Below, one piece after another: positions 33,121 through 46,800 of a stretch of 64,000 nt of DNA; the stretch's first letter is position 1; the number at the start of each line of letters is the position of its first letter. The notes under the pieces are model-generated. The model was given only the letters and a program-made list of their open reading frames with translations, was not told the origin of the DNA and made no database searches. Origin of the DNA: the human T2T-CHM13v2.0 reference genome, Homo sapiens. Location of the stretch: the NCBI RefSeq assembly GCF_009914755.1, contig NC_060932.1. One strand, 5' to 3'. Both the position numbers and the translations under genes were made by a program.

Positions 33121-34830
33121 CATTCAATTCAACAAAGGGAGAATAGACGTTTCAATAAGTGATGCTGGGGCATCTGGATATCCACATGCAAAAAATATGA
33201 AGTTGAACCTTATTTTACGCAAAATACAAAAATTGGCTCAAACTTGAAGGCCTCATGTAAGAACTAAAACTATACAATTCTTAGAAGGAAACATAGGAGT
33301 AAATCTTTGGGACCATAAATTTGGCATTGAGTTTTTAGCTTTGACACAGTAAGCACAAACAACAAAAGAAAAAGTATACAAATTGGGGCTTAAAAATATG
33401 AAATGCTTTTGTGTTTAAATGGGTGCTATCAGAAAAAAGAAAGACAACTCACAGAATGGGAGAAGATATTTTCAAATCAAGCATCTTATGAGGGACTTGT
33501 ATGTAGAATATATAAAAACTCTTAGAAATCAGTAACAAAGACAAGTAACTATTAAAAATTGAGCTAATGATCTATATAGATAGTCTTCAAGGAAAATATA
33601 CAAATGGCCAATAAGATATAAATGATGCATGAAAGATGCTCAATGCTTTTAGTCATTAGGAAAATGCAAATAAAAACCGCAAGATACCGTATTTTAATTT
33701 CCATTATAATTATAAGATGAGTATAATAATGACTATAATAAAAAGGTCCGAAATAGAAAATGTTGGTGAGAATGTGGAGAAATTGTAATTCTCACACATT
33801 GCTTGTGGAATATAAAATGATGGAGCCACTTTGAAAAACAGTCTGGCAGGTCCTCAGAAAGTTAGACGTACAGTTACCATTTTACACACCAATACCATAG
33901 GCATATACACACCACTCATAGTCATATACCCAACAGAATTGGAAGCATATGTCCACACAAAAACTTAGATGCAAATGTTTTTAGCAGCATTATCCATAGT
34001 AGCCAAAAGGTGAAACAACCTGAATTTCCATCAAGTAATTAAAAGATAAACAAAATGTGATTTTCTATACAATGAAATATCATTTGAACATAAATAAGAG
34101 TGATAAAGTTGAAATTGGCCCAATTTTCCCATAGAACTGAGACTTGAGAAATACACATTTGTTTTATGTAAGTTCCTTTCTCAAGAAACCGACCATCAGG
34201 GCTCCCAGACAGTAGCAATGAATTGAGCCTTCCCAGGTCACAACATCCGGACAATGAAATGCACCTGCTGCCTACTGACCAACTCCTCTTCTTACCTCTT
34301 CCTAATTCTTTGCTATATAAACCACTAACTTAAGTCAGTTTTGGAGATGTGTTTGAGACTGGTCTCCAGTCTCCCAGCTGACATCACCCGCATTAAAGCC
34401 TTTCTTCCTTGCCAATACTCATTGTCTCAGTGATTGGCTTTCTGTGAGGCGAGCAGCTGGACATAGGCCAAACCCCTGGCATTTGGCAACACAGTGATAC
34501 ATGCTACAATACAGATGAACCTTGAAAACATAATGTGAAGTGAAAGAAGCCAGTCACAAAGACTTCATATTATATGACTTCATGTATATAAAACGTCTGG
34601 AAAAGGCAAATCTCTAAAGACAAAGTCAATCAGTGTTTGCCAAGCCTCGATGAGAAGAGGGAATGTGGTACAGTGCAAGCTAAAGTTGTACAGGACTTTG
34701 TTTTATGACCAGGAAAATATTCAGATGGCTGCACAATTCTATGAATACACTAAAAACCAGTGAACTGTATACTTTAAGTGGGTGAATTGTACACTATATG
34801 AATTATATCTCAATAAAACTGTTACAAAAA
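33120..34830 (+). mobile_element. L1MB-type ORF2 end and 3'UTR, split by an LTR
   Basis: cagaatgggagaagatattttcaaatc...cagatgaaccttgaaaacataatg...gaattatatctcaataaaactgtt. Confidence 0.8.
34110..34491 (+). mobile_element. Solo LTR, LTR47-like
   Basis: TG...CA ends (tgaaattggcccaattttcccatagaactga...tttggcaaca), tatataa and attaaa signals; interrupts L1MB. Confidence 0.7.
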
Positions 34831-35019
34831 TATACTATAAGCCATTCAGTAAATTAGAAAACCATGAATTCATATTGATAGAAATGAAGGAATGGATCAA
34901 TTCACAGTTTGATGAGGAACAGAACATTTCATAACCTCAAAGTACCTTCACAGATCCAATTTAGAAAACTCATCTCTAAGATTCTGTTCCTTGTAAATCA
35001 CTTCCAGTATCCAAATCTC

Positions 35020-35434
35020 TACCAGTCAGATCAGGGTTCTCCAAAGAAACAGAACTAAAGGAATAGATATATAATTAATTGTTACTAATATATTATACAC
35101 ATGTATTAAGAGATTTATTTCAAGGAATTGGATCATTAGATTGTGTGGGCTGGGAAGTACAGAACACACAGGGAAGGTCAGTGGGATGGAAATTCAGGCA
35201 GGAGTCGATAAGTCCTGAGGCTGAATTTCTTCTTCCACAGTTTTGCTCTAAAAGGCTTTCTCCTGATTGAACGAGTCCAACCCACACTAGTGAGGTAATC
35301 TCCTTAAAGTCAACTGATTTTAGATGTTAACCACATCTATGAAATACCTTCACAGCAACACCTAGATTAGTATTTGATTAAATACCTGGGTACTATAGCC
35401 TAGCCACATTGACACATGAAACTAACCTACTACA
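35020..35434 (-). mobile_element. MLT2D-like LTR
   Basis: cagggttctccaaagaaacagaac...aataccttcacagcaacacctagattagtatttga...ttgacacatgaaactaacc. Confidence 0.85.
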
Positions 35435-36682
35435 AAATGCTTATTGATTATAGAGAAAGGAAGTTACTTTACAGTGGACCCTGGCAGATCTCACACCATC
35501 AGTAAAGGTGCACATAAAAAAACGTGTACCACCTGATAGAATACAATAACAAACATACTTAACATCATTTCTCTGATATCCCTGCCCAATATGAATAAAC
35601 TAAAAATAATTAGATAAAGCATCAGTAAAACTCCTGTTGAAACAAATTCCACAAATAAATAGCTTTAAGCTTCAAAAGTGCCAAGGTCATGAAAGTGAAG
35701 TAATATGCCTAACTTTCCAATGGGACTTGGCAAGTCTATGTTTACAGTCTTGACAAATAGAGGAGGCATCATTGTGATTATGTAAGTAGACTCTGAGGAA
35801 TCATATTCTTTCAGGACAACAGTTCAGATTTCTATATACAAAGAAGAGACAGATGATTGGCACTTGCAATTGGACTCTTTGAAGGTAGAGAATTCCTTCA
35901 CCAAATGTCATTACGTAGGGTGGGCTGTGGGTCACTACCAGATGCTCTTTGAAGTGTCTTTCCATTCGTATGTAGCACAAATGCTACTCATTCATGGCTC
36001 CATAATTATTGACTTCATATCTTGTTCTATTACTTGTGACATGCTCATAAGATGTATTTCCTAAATATTAAAGATTTAAGTTGTGCAAGTTTGAAACTTT
36101 AGTAGAACAAATTCAAAATTGTACCTATGAAGCAATTGTGCTTCTATGTCCTCTCTGGATTTACAAAGGACATGATGTTGACATGCCAGGGGTGATCGCA
36201 GGTGTGGGAACCCAAATGTTGAATTGTGTTACATGTAAAGATCATCTTCCATGTGTATTGCTATAGGGACCTATACATGTTGATAACTTACCTAACAAAA
36301 GATAAATTTACCTAAAATATCTTGAAATTGGCTACTCACTCAGGTTAAATTGAATGGTAAACAGATTACATTATTAGTAGACAAATTATGGGCTGAACAA
36401 ATAAATGAGAACAAATGCTTTTGTAATGACTTACATGCCACAAGACTATGGGAACACTGTAAGTTGAAAAGCTTCTGATGTAAATAACTCAGGCTAGTTC
36501 CAGTGCCTATTATATTCTCAAAAAGAGCAAGAAACTGATGTGCAAAACAGAACATAAAGAGATGCTCGCCCCGTGGCATGCCTTCACAGGTTTACCAGGA
36601 TTCTTCTGATATTACCTTCTCCTCCAGTTATGAAACTGCCTCTTCGTCTGCTTCATCCTCCTCTACCTTCTCCCATTCCTCA

Positions 36683-36863
36683 AACACTTTCCACGTGATA
36701 CTTTGAGGTTGAAATTAAGTATTAGTATTGGAAACTGTAAATAATCCTAGAGCTGACCTACTTAAATCTCAGGAGAGCTGTGGTCCAAGCATGTTAGGCT
36801 GTTTCCAAATCCCAAAGCTAGTAAGCATTGAGATTAAGAATATCAGTTCCTGACTGCTAGAAA
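36683..36863 (+). repeat. 181-bp dispersed direct duplication, copy 1
   Basis: Base-by-base identical to 39716-39896. Confidence 0.97.
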
Positions 36864-37334
36864 TTATGGAGTAAATAATGAGATACTACAACCCAGGTAC
36901 AAACTTAAGATGATCCTTTTTGTGCATAATTCAGCCATGCTATAGATTATTTCCAATCATTTGCAAAGGATAATTATTCATAAATGTGGTCCATGGGCAC
37001 CCCCCTCTGCAATTAATTTAACATGAGTGTGTCCCTGGCCTCAGAAGCTCTCTGCTGGTCATTTAAATGGGGTGTTTGTATGCCCCTCAAAGATAGACGT
37101 ATAATTTAATGTGTATTAAATATGAGTACAATTGTTTCTACGAAAAGAATTTCCCTACTAGCTGAGTTTTCCCATTTTTATAGTGAAGATACTACTCAGT
37201 TTATCAGCACATTTTCAAGCAAAAAAAATCAACAAATTCTATAACATTAGTCATGTAATCACACAAACTATTTGCTTTCCTAACAATATTTTAAAACAGC
37301 TGGTAGTGTGGCCTCTCTACCCATGGGTTATCCT

Positions 37335-37560
37335 AGAATCATAGAGCAGGAAGAGACCCTGAGAGAAGATTGGTGCAATCCCCCATCCCTCAGGAAGGGC
37401 TGCAACTAAATCATCCCAGACAGAAGCACATTTCCCCTAATTTTGATGAGCTCCAGAGACAGAGCTCTTGAGACTTCCTATTCTGAATAGAGAGAAATCC
37501 TTTCTTACAGCTAAACAATCTCTCTCATTAGAGCCAAACTCCATTTATCTGCGTCTGGCT
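37335..37560 (-). mobile_element. L3/CR1 (or MIR3) 3' fragment
   Basis: agaatcatagagcaggaagagaccctgagagaagattggtgcaatcccc resembles antisense L3/MIR3 end. Confidence 0.4.
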
Positions 37561-37631
37561 ATTGTTTGCATTAGAGAAGGACTCCTCCAACCATGTTTAT
37601 GTCATGTACTCTTTCCACATGAACTTACGTA

Positions 37632-37755
37632 TTTTTTAATTAAGTATTTTAAGAGACAGGACGTTGCTATCTTGACCAGGCTGTTCCTGAACTTTTGGCT
37701 TCAAACTCTCTGCCCACGTCAGTCTCCCGAGTAGCTGGGATTATAGGTGGCTGGT
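37632..37755 (-). mobile_element. Alu monomer (FLAM-like)
   Basis: gagacaggacgttgctatcttgaccaggctg...ctcccgagtagctgggattatagg, single arm only. Confidence 0.8.
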
Positions 37756-38344
37756 TCTACAAGAATTTGAATCAATTTTGTCCTCATGGATGTTGTTTCC
37801 AAAACTTTAAAAACACCTTTAAACACTTTTAAACCTCTGTGATGACCCTCTCATCTTTCTAGAATGTATCTCCACTCCTCTTCAGTTCCATAATCTAGAA
37901 ATATATATCATTTTCCAGTAGGGTTCTAACCAGTGATGGGGAGGGTGAAGATCTACATCTTAGATGACATTTTTTTCTCCACGTACGCATTTTTTGTTTT
38001 CATATGGGTTGGTCATATATAGAATATTTGAAAGGTGTGTTCTTGAAACTTTGTAATACAAATTCTTGAGATTTAAGACATGTCTATGCTCATTTTCTAC
38101 CTTCTTAGCACATTAGCAATGTATGAGCCCCGTGTGTACATTTTCACTACTGATTATATTACCTGATGAACATTTTTTATTATGTAAGTGATAAAAACAT
38201 TTCTACATATAAACTTGGCAGTGTAAAGATGCCACGCAATGAAAATTACCCAAACATCAGCAGCACCCAAAGCAGCACCATCAGCAGCTTTTTACAAATC
38301 GAAGGTAGTGGGACAGCTAATGTATATGAATAAGCTAATTTAAA

Positions 38345-38685
38345 TTTCTTCCCTTTTGTTGTGATAAAATGTACATAACATAAAATTTATTACTCTAATC
38401 ATTTAAGTTTATAGTTCAGTGGCATTAATTACATTCGCATTGTTGTGCAACCATCTCCACAATGTATATTTGGAACTTTTTCATCATCCCACACTGAAAC
38501 TCTGAACCCATTAAACAGTAACTCCTCATTTCCTCTCTCCTAGTTTCTGATAACCACTATTCTACTTTTTGTTTCTATGTATTTCACTATTCTAGGTACC
38601 TCATCTAAACAGAATCATATACTATTTGTTCTCTTTGGTCTGTCTTATTTCACTCAGCATAATGTCTTCAAGGTTTCTCCTTTAT
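38345..38685 (-). mobile_element. L1MB 3' end
   Basis: gataaaatgtacataacataaaattta...gttcagtggcattaattacattc...ctattctaggtacctcat. Confidence 0.8.
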
Positions 38686-39715
38686 CTTTTGTTCCAGATT
38701 TGAAAATGGTACACCAGGAGATGCAATGTGAATAAAAGAATACTGAAAAAGGAATTTTTGAATTCCTCAGGATATATAGCTAGTCTGGGAAGGTTTCCAG
38801 AATTAGGCCTATCTGCAGAGAGCTATGCTAATTATGACATAAAAGAACAGGTCTGTGACTTGTGTCTTGAGATTCAAAGGCTAAATTCATATCAAGTTTC
38901 TGACTAATTGAAAGCTCAGACAGTAATTTTGGAAACAGCTGCCTGGAAATGAAAATATTAAATTCAGAATAATCTTGAAAAGTTTTTTTTTTTAAGTTAC
39001 AGATCGTGGGTTAGACCTGAAAATAGGCCCATTATCAGAATCCCACACAGGCAGGTGGAAGCTGATCAGTCAGAGATACCCACAGCAATGTGGAGTTTTT
39101 CATGCCTTCCATGAAGACATTCACTTCCATCACCAAGTGTAGAAGATTTCTGTTTGTCTCCTTGGACATCTCCTTGAGAGTGTCCTTTCATGACACCAGG
39201 CACATGCTAGGTGGCTCCCTCTAGGGTGACATGCATGAATCATAGGTGTGTTCGTATAGATTCTAATCTGCAGAGAAAATAAAATGTGGAGTGACAGGTG
39301 GCTCCTTGTTGATGTGAATATTTTTGTTTTGTTTTGTTTTTCATGATGACACCTTTCTAAGAATCTGAACATTGAATCTGACCCTTCTGAGAGGACACTA
39401 CACCACTAGAGGGAATCAAACAGAAGATACAAAATTTCTGCTCTCAGTTCTGTAAGTGAATCATCTAGAGAACTTCAGCAAGTCAGCTTACCTCTTTGTC
39501 TCTTCCTAGACATTTTGTAATGCTAGCGATGTTTTACTTTTTCTGTCTGTAATGTGTTAACACTGCAGCAGCCTTAACTACAAGGGTATTGGAACCTCTT
39601 CAAGGGAAGTAATGTTGAATTCAACTTATTTTTTTCATGCAAAAATCCTAGTGTGTATATGTTCTATTCAGGAATGATGGTCTACGTGAAGTATTATGAC
39701 TGAGACTCTAAGAGG

Positions 39716-39896
39716 AACACTTTCCACGTGATACTTTGAGGTTGAAATTAAGTATTAGTATTGGAAACTGTAAATAATCCTAGAGCTGACCTACTTAAAT
39801 CTCAGGAGAGCTGTGGTCCAAGCATGTTAGGCTGTTTCCAAATCCCAAAGCTAGTAAGCATTGAGATTAAGAATATCAGTTCCTGACTGCTAGAAA
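39716..39896 (+). repeat. 181-bp dispersed direct duplication, copy 2
   Basis: Base-by-base identical to 36683-36863. Confidence 0.97.
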
Positions 39897-40133
39897 AGTT
39901 AAAAGGCAATTTTTAAAGTTAGTCTGCCTATGAATATAGTAGTAGCTTGTGCTATTAATATAAGTAGCTAGTGCTACTACAAATAATGTATTTAAAGTGG
40001 TAACTCACGGAATAGAGCTGAGAATAAGCCAATAATCAGAATTAAACACAGGTTAGGGAAACATTACCTGAGGTTATAAAGGTGAAGTTTCACGAATAAC
40101 TCAAAAGCATGGCTAAAACTGTTTAATGTTTAA

Positions 40134-40453
<320 letters not shown>

Positions 40454-40813
40454 TCTCTTTCTGCTTTTAATTGTGAACATTGTATAGTGACTTTTTAAAA
40501 AGTAGATTAAATTCATGTGTACTGAAATGTACAGATTTTTAGCATACAATTTGATGTTTTGATGAATTTACACACCAGGGTAACCACTATTCCTGTGAGG
40601 ATGGAATATTTTCATCACCTCAGAATGTTCCTTCATGCTGTCTTGCCATTAAGTCCCTATTCCCTTTAGGCAAAAACTTCTAATTTTCATCTTCATAAGT
40701 TAATTCATTTTACCTGTTCTTGAGTCATACATAAATGAAATCATACAGTATGAATTTTACATCTGTTTGTTTCATACAACATAAGATTTTGGGGGTTTAT
40801 CCTGTTGCAACAT

Positions 40814-41189
40814 TGCTATGGTTTGAATGGGTCCCCTCCAAAATGCAAGTGTTGAAACAATGGTTGTTGTCATAGTATTAAGAGATGGGGCCTTTAGGAG
40901 GTAATTCGGTCATGAGGTTAATTCCTTATAAGGACTATAAGGGTCCTTATAAAAAAGGCTTCACACGGTATTTCTTTGGTGCTCTTACCCTTTTGCCTTT
41001 CATCACGTGAGTACACGGTGTTCTTTCCTCCAACTGTGAAGCAGAGAGCAGCCCGTGCCAGAAAACTAAAGCTGCCAGTGCCTTGTCCTCGGATGCCCAG
41101 CCTCCAGAACAGTGAGAGATACATTTCTGTTCTTTATAAATTACCTGGTGTCAGGTATTTTGTTATAGCAGCCTGAGTGGACTCAGACA
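40814..41189 (+). mobile_element. MST-type MaLR solo LTR
   Basis: tgctatggtttgaat...ttgttatagcagcctgagtggactcagaca; 5-bp TSD aacat/aatgt, consistent with ancestral aacgt decayed on opposite strands. Confidence 0.85.
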
Positions 41190-41388
41190 AATGTATATTA
41201 TATAGTTCATTATTTCTTACTGAATAGATTTCAGTGTGTGAATCTGTCTTCTCCATTCTCAAGATAATTGACTTTTGCTTCCTATATAAGTCTAGGATCT
41301 ATATCAGACTTTAAAAACTTTGATATGATTTTAAATGTATAGAAACCTGGAATATAGCACAAAGAAATCTCATATTTTTAAATCAAAT

Positions 41389-42170
41389 TCAGCAATTGTA
41401 GAGAAAAGGGGACTCTTGCACACTCTTGGTGGGAAGGTAAAAACTAGCACAGTCATTATGGAAAACAGTATGGAGGTTCCTCAAAATATGAAAAATAGAA
41501 CTATCATATGATCCAGAAATCCCATTCATGAGTGCATCTGTAAAGGAAATGAAATTAGTATGTTGGAGAGATATCTGCTCTCCCATGTTCATTGCAGCAC
41601 TCTTCACAGTAACCAGAATATGGAATCAACCTAAATGTTCATCAATGGATGAAAGGATAAAGAAAATGTGTTATATATACACAGAGGAATACTAATCAGC
41701 CTTTAAAAAAAGGCTTGTCATTTGAGACAAGATGGATGAACCTGGAGGACATCATGTTAATAAAATAAGCCATCATGTTAATGAAATAAGCCAGGCATAC
41801 AAAGATCTCACTTAAATGTAGAATCTAACAAAGTGGATCTCATAGAAGCATAGAGTACAAAGATGGTGATCAGGGGTTGGGAGTGGGGAAGTTGGGGAGA
41901 GGTTGGTCAAAGGGTATGAAATTCCAGTTAGATAGGAGGAATAAGGTCAAGAGATTATTGTACAACACGGTGACTATAGCTAATAACAACATATTGTATT
42001 CTTGAAAATCTCTAAGCGAGTAGATTTTAAGTATTGTCCCCTCAAAAAATGGTAACTATGTGAGGTAATACGCATGTTAATTTGCTTGATTTAGCCATTC
42101 TATGATTTATACATATTTCAAAATATGCCGTACACAATAAATACGTACAATTTTTGTCAATTAAAAATAA
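41389..42170 (+). mobile_element. L1MA 3' end
   Basis: ggaaaacagtatggaggttcctcaaaa...gataggaggaataaggtcaagag...tttttgtcaattaaaaataa. Confidence 0.88.
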
Positions 42171-42502
42171 TCAATTTAGGAAATTCAACAATTGTTTGTA
42201 TTTTGTTTTATTTGTTTTAATGTTTTCTGTCTTCTCTGCATATATACATGTACATATGTATGTGTGTATCAAGGATAGAAACTATTTGTACATACATTTA
42301 TACAAATATAGTATTTGTGTACAAATACATGTATAAACATATGTGCATACATTTATAAACACATATTTATAGGCTTAAAGATTTTTAAAAATCTATAAGT
42401 TTGTAATCTTAAAGTCTTTAAGCCTATCTGTCTGTGGAAATGTATGTGCACACAAAAATAGGATGAAATGTATGTATGCACATATATGCATATGTTTATA
42501 CA

Positions 42503-42617
42503 TATCTTAGGATTTTTAAGAGAAACAGAACCAATAGAATATATATAGATATACAAGAGAAGTTTGATTATGAGAATTGGCCCATGCAACTATAGAGGCC
42601 AAGAAGTCTTACATGAT
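42503..42617 (-). mobile_element. MLT2 LTR 3' fragment
   Basis: agagaaacagaaccaatag...gaattggcccatgcaactatagaggccaagaagtc. Confidence 0.7.
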
Positions 42618-42919
42618 AAATTGTATTTCATAATTTAAAGCTTTTTCTCATTAAAGGCACTATTAATAAAAGGAAATAAAAGCCACAAATGGGAGAAAAT
42701 ATTTGCAAAAGAGTATAGGTGATAATAAACTTGTATCTACAATAAACAAAGAACATGAAATTCTTGCAAATCAATAATAGAAGACAAAACGCACAATTAA
42801 GAAAATAGGTTAAAGGTTTGGACAGACACTCCACCAAAAAGGATGCAGGAATGGCAAATAAGTGAATAAAAAGTTTGCTCAGTATTTTCAGTCATTAGGA
42901 AAATCATTATTATTCCTAT

Positions 42920-43571
42920 GCCAGCTTTATAAGATAAACTTCATGTGCTATAAAATTCACCTAAAGTGTACAGTTTAGTGGTTTTTAGTATACTCACTGG
43001 GTTGTGCAACCATCACCACAGTCTATTTGGCAACATTTTTACCGCCTCAAAAAGCAAGCCAGTACTGTTTAGTTACTATTTCTATTCTCCCAACCTCTCC
43101 AGACAGAAGTAATCATTCATCTATTTTCTGTCTCTATTGATTTGCCTATTCTAAATATGTCATATAGTAAATCATATAATATGTGGTCTTTCATTAGTGG
43201 CTTATTTCACTTGGCATGATGTTTCCAGGGTTCATCCATGTTGTAGCAAATTACCCCCATTGTATAGATATGCCACCTTTTATTTATCAATTAATCAGTT
43301 GGTGAACATTTGGGTTGTTTCCACCATTTGGCTATTATGAATAATGTGGTTATGAACAGTTGTGTACAAGTGTTTGTGTAGACATATATTATTTTCTCTT
43401 GAATATACACATAAAAGTGGGAATGCTTGGTCATAGGGTAATTCTATGTTTACTATTTGAGAAATTACCAGAGTATTTTTCTAAGTGTCTGCATCATTTT
43501 ACATTCAGGCCCACAAAGTAAAACACTTCTGATATTCCACATACTCAACATTTGTAATCATCTGTCTTTTT
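42920..43571 (-). mobile_element. L1MB 3' part; continues at 46150-46349 and 52403-52650 (host of two younger L1PAs)
   Basis: aaagtgtacagtttagtggtttttagtatactc...; consensus resumes collinearly after each insertion. Confidence 0.8.
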
Positions 43572-46148
43572 TTGTGCAGAACGTGCAGGTTTGTTACATA
43601 GGTATACACATGTCATGGTGGTTTGCTGCACCCATCAACCTGTCATCCATATTAGGTATTTCTCCTAATGCTATCCTTCCCCTAGCCCTCCACTCCCCGA
43701 CAGGCCCTGTTGTGTGATATTCCTCTCCCTGTGTCCATGTGTTCTCATTGTTCAACTCCCACTTATGAGTGAGAACATGTGGTGTTTTCCTGTGTTAGTT
43801 TGCTGAGAATGATGGTTTCCAGCTTCATCCATATCCCTGCAAAGGACATGCACTCATCATTTTTCATGGCTGCATACTATTCCATGGTGTATATGTGCCA
43901 CATTTTCTTTATCCAGTCTATCATTGATGGACATTCAGGTTGGTTCCAAGTCTTTGCTATTGTGAATAGTGCTGGAATAAACATACGTGTGCATGTGTCT
44001 TTATAGTAGAATGATTTATAATCCTTTGGGTACATACCCCGTTATGGGATTCCGGGACCAGACAGATTCATAGACGAATTCTACCAGAGATACAAAGAGG
44101 AGCTGGTACCATTTCTTCTGAAATGATTCCAAACAATAGAAAAACAGGAAATCCTTCCTAACTCATTTTATGAGGACGGCATCATCCTGATACCAAAACC
44201 TGGCAGAGACACAACAAAAAAGAAAATTTCAGGCCAATATCCCTGATGAACATCGATGTGAAAATCCTCAATAAAATACTGGCAAACCGAATCCAGCAGC
44301 ACATCAAAATCCTTATCAACCACGATCAAGTTGGCTTCATACCTGGGATGCAAAGCTGGTTCAACAGACACATATCAATAAACATAATCCATCAAATAAA
44401 CAGAACCAATGACAAAAACCACATGATTATCTCAACAGACATAGAAAAGCCTTCAATAAAATTCAACACCCTTTCATGCTAAAAAACTCTCAATAAACTA
44501 GGTATTGATGGAATGTATCTCAAAACATTAAGAGCTATTTATGACAAACCCACAGCCAATATCATACTAAATGGGCAAAAGCTGGAAACATTCCCTTTGA
44601 AAACCGGCACAAGACAAGGATGCCCTCTCTCACCACTCCTATTCAACATAGTATGGGAAGTTCTAGTTAGGGCAATCAGGGAAGAGGAAGAAACAAAGGG
44701 TATTCAAACAGGAAGAGAGGAAGTCAAATTGTCTCTGTTTGCAGATGACATGATTGGATATTTAGAAAACCCCATTGTCTCAGCCCAAAATCTTCTTAAG
44801 CTGGTAAGAAATTTCAGCAAAGTCTCAGGATACAAAATCAATGTGCAAAAATCACAAGCATTTTTATACACCAATAATAGACAAACAGAGAGCCAAACCA
44901 TGAATGAACTCCCATTCACAACTGCTACCAAGAATAAAATACCTAAAAATACAACTTACAAGGGATGTGAAGGACCTCTTCAAGGAGAACTACAAACCAC
45001 TGCTCAATGAAATAAGAGAGGATACAAATGGAAAAACAATCCATGCTCATGGATAGGAAGAATCAATATCATGAAAATGGACAAAGTAATTTATAGATTC
45101 AATGGCATTCCCATCAAGCTACCATTGACTTTCTTCACAGAACTAGAAAAAACTACTTTAAATTTCATATGGAATCAAAAAGAGCTCACATAGCCAAGAT
45201 AACCCTAAGCAAAAAGAACAAAGCTGGAGGCATCATTCCATGTGACTTCAACCTATACTACAAGGCTACAGTAACCAAAACAGCATGGTATTGGTACCAA
45301 AACAGCATGGTATTGGTACCAAAACAGATATATAGATGAGTGGAAGAGAACAGTGCCTCATAAATAATGCCATACATGTACAACCATCTGATCTTTGACA
45401 AACCTGACAAAAACAAGCAATGGGGAAAGGATTCCCTATTTAATAAATGGTGTTGGGAAAACTGGCTAGCCATATGCAGGAAACAGAAACTGGACCCCCT
45501 CCTTACACCTTACACAAAAATTCTCAAGATGAATTAAAGACTTAAATGTAAGACCTAAAACAGTAAAAACCCTGGAAGAAAACATAGGCAATACCATTCA
45601 GGACATAGGCATGGGCAAAGACTTCATGACTAAAACACCAAAAGCAAGGGCAACAAAAGCCAAAATTGACAAATGGGTTATAATTAAACTAAAGAGTTTC
45701 TGCATAGCAAAAGAAACTATCATCAGACTGAACAGGCAACATACAGAATGAGAGAAAATGTTTGCAATCTATCTATCTGACAAGGTCTAATATCCAGAAT
45801 CTACAAGGAACATAAACAAATTTACAAGAAACAAACAAACAACCCCATCAAAAAATGGGTGAAGGATATGAACAGACACTTCTCAAAAGAAGATATTTAT
45901 GAAGCCAACAAACATATGAAAAAAGCTCATCATCACTGGTCATTAGAGAAATGCAAATCAAAACCACGATGAGATGCCATCTCACACCAGTTAGAATGGC
46001 AATCAGTAAAAAGTCAGGAAACAACAGATGCTGGCAAGGATGTGGAGAAATCGGAATGCTTTTACACTGTTGGTGGGAATGTAAATTAGTTCAACCATAG
46101 TGGAAGACAGTGTGGCGATTCCTCAAGGATCTAGAACCAGAAATATCA
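43572..46148 (-). mobile_element. L1PA8-like element with 5' inversion (twin priming)
   Basis: 43572-~44055 is antisense 3'UTR/ORF2 end; ~44055-46148 is + strand ORF2 ending at ctagaaccagaaatatca, just upstream in consensus of where the other piece starts; TSD gtcttttt at 43564-43571 and 46150-46157. Confidence 0.88.
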
Positions 46149-46545
46149 CGTCTTTTTGATTGTCGTCATCCTAGTGCTTCTGAATTGGTGTTTCATTGAT
46201 GTCTTGATTTGCATTTGCATTCATAAGAATTCTTTATATATCCTAGATACAAGTCCCCCATCAGATACATGATTTACAAATATTTTCTCCTATATTGTCG
46301 GTTATGTTTTCAAGTTTTTGATAGTATCACTTGAAGAAAAAAAGTTTTAGGGGAGCAGCCAAGATGGCCGAATAGGAACAGCTCCAGTCTACAGCTCCCA
46401 GCGTGAGCAATGCAGAAGACGGGTGATTTCTGCATTTCCATCTGAGGTACCAGGTTCATCTCACTAGGAGTGCCAGACAGTGGGCACAGGTCAGTGGGTG
46501 TGCGCAGCACTGTGTGAGCCGAAGCAGAGAGAGGCATTGCCTCAC

Positions 46546-46800
46546 TCAGGAAGCACAAGGGGTCAGGGAGTTCCCTTTCCTAGTCAAAGAAAGGGGTGAC
46601 GGACAGCACCTGGAAAATCGGGTCACTCCCACCCGAATGCTGCACTTTTCCCATGGGCTTAAAAAACGGCGCACCACGAGATTATATCCCACACCTGGCT
46701 CGGAAGGTCCTACACCCACGGAGTCTCGCTGATTGCTAGCACAGCAGTCTGTGATCAAACTGCAAGGCGGCAGCGAGGCTGGACGAGGGGCGCCCACCAT
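46546..46800 (-). CDS. ORF0: L1 ORF0 (84 aa, open), expression unknown
   Basis: MVGAPRPASLPPCSLITDCCASNQRDSVGVGPSEPGVGYNLVVRRFLS... closely matches primate ORF0. Confidence 0.6.
   Translation of the reverse strand: MVGAPRPASLPPCSLITDCCASNQRDSVGVGPSEPGVGYNLVVRRFLSPWEKCSIRVGVTRFSRCCPSPLSLTRKGNSLTPCAS

Noticed and set aside
36683-39896. 181-bp direct repeats as LTRs of a novel 3.2-kb retroelement
   Set aside because: No TG...CA termini, TSD, PBS/PPT or internal ORF; the interior contains ancient FLAM, L3 and L1MB fragments
42369-42427. 13-bp inverted repeat in an AT-rich tract
   Set aside because: Low-complexity AT context; plausible by chance or slippage
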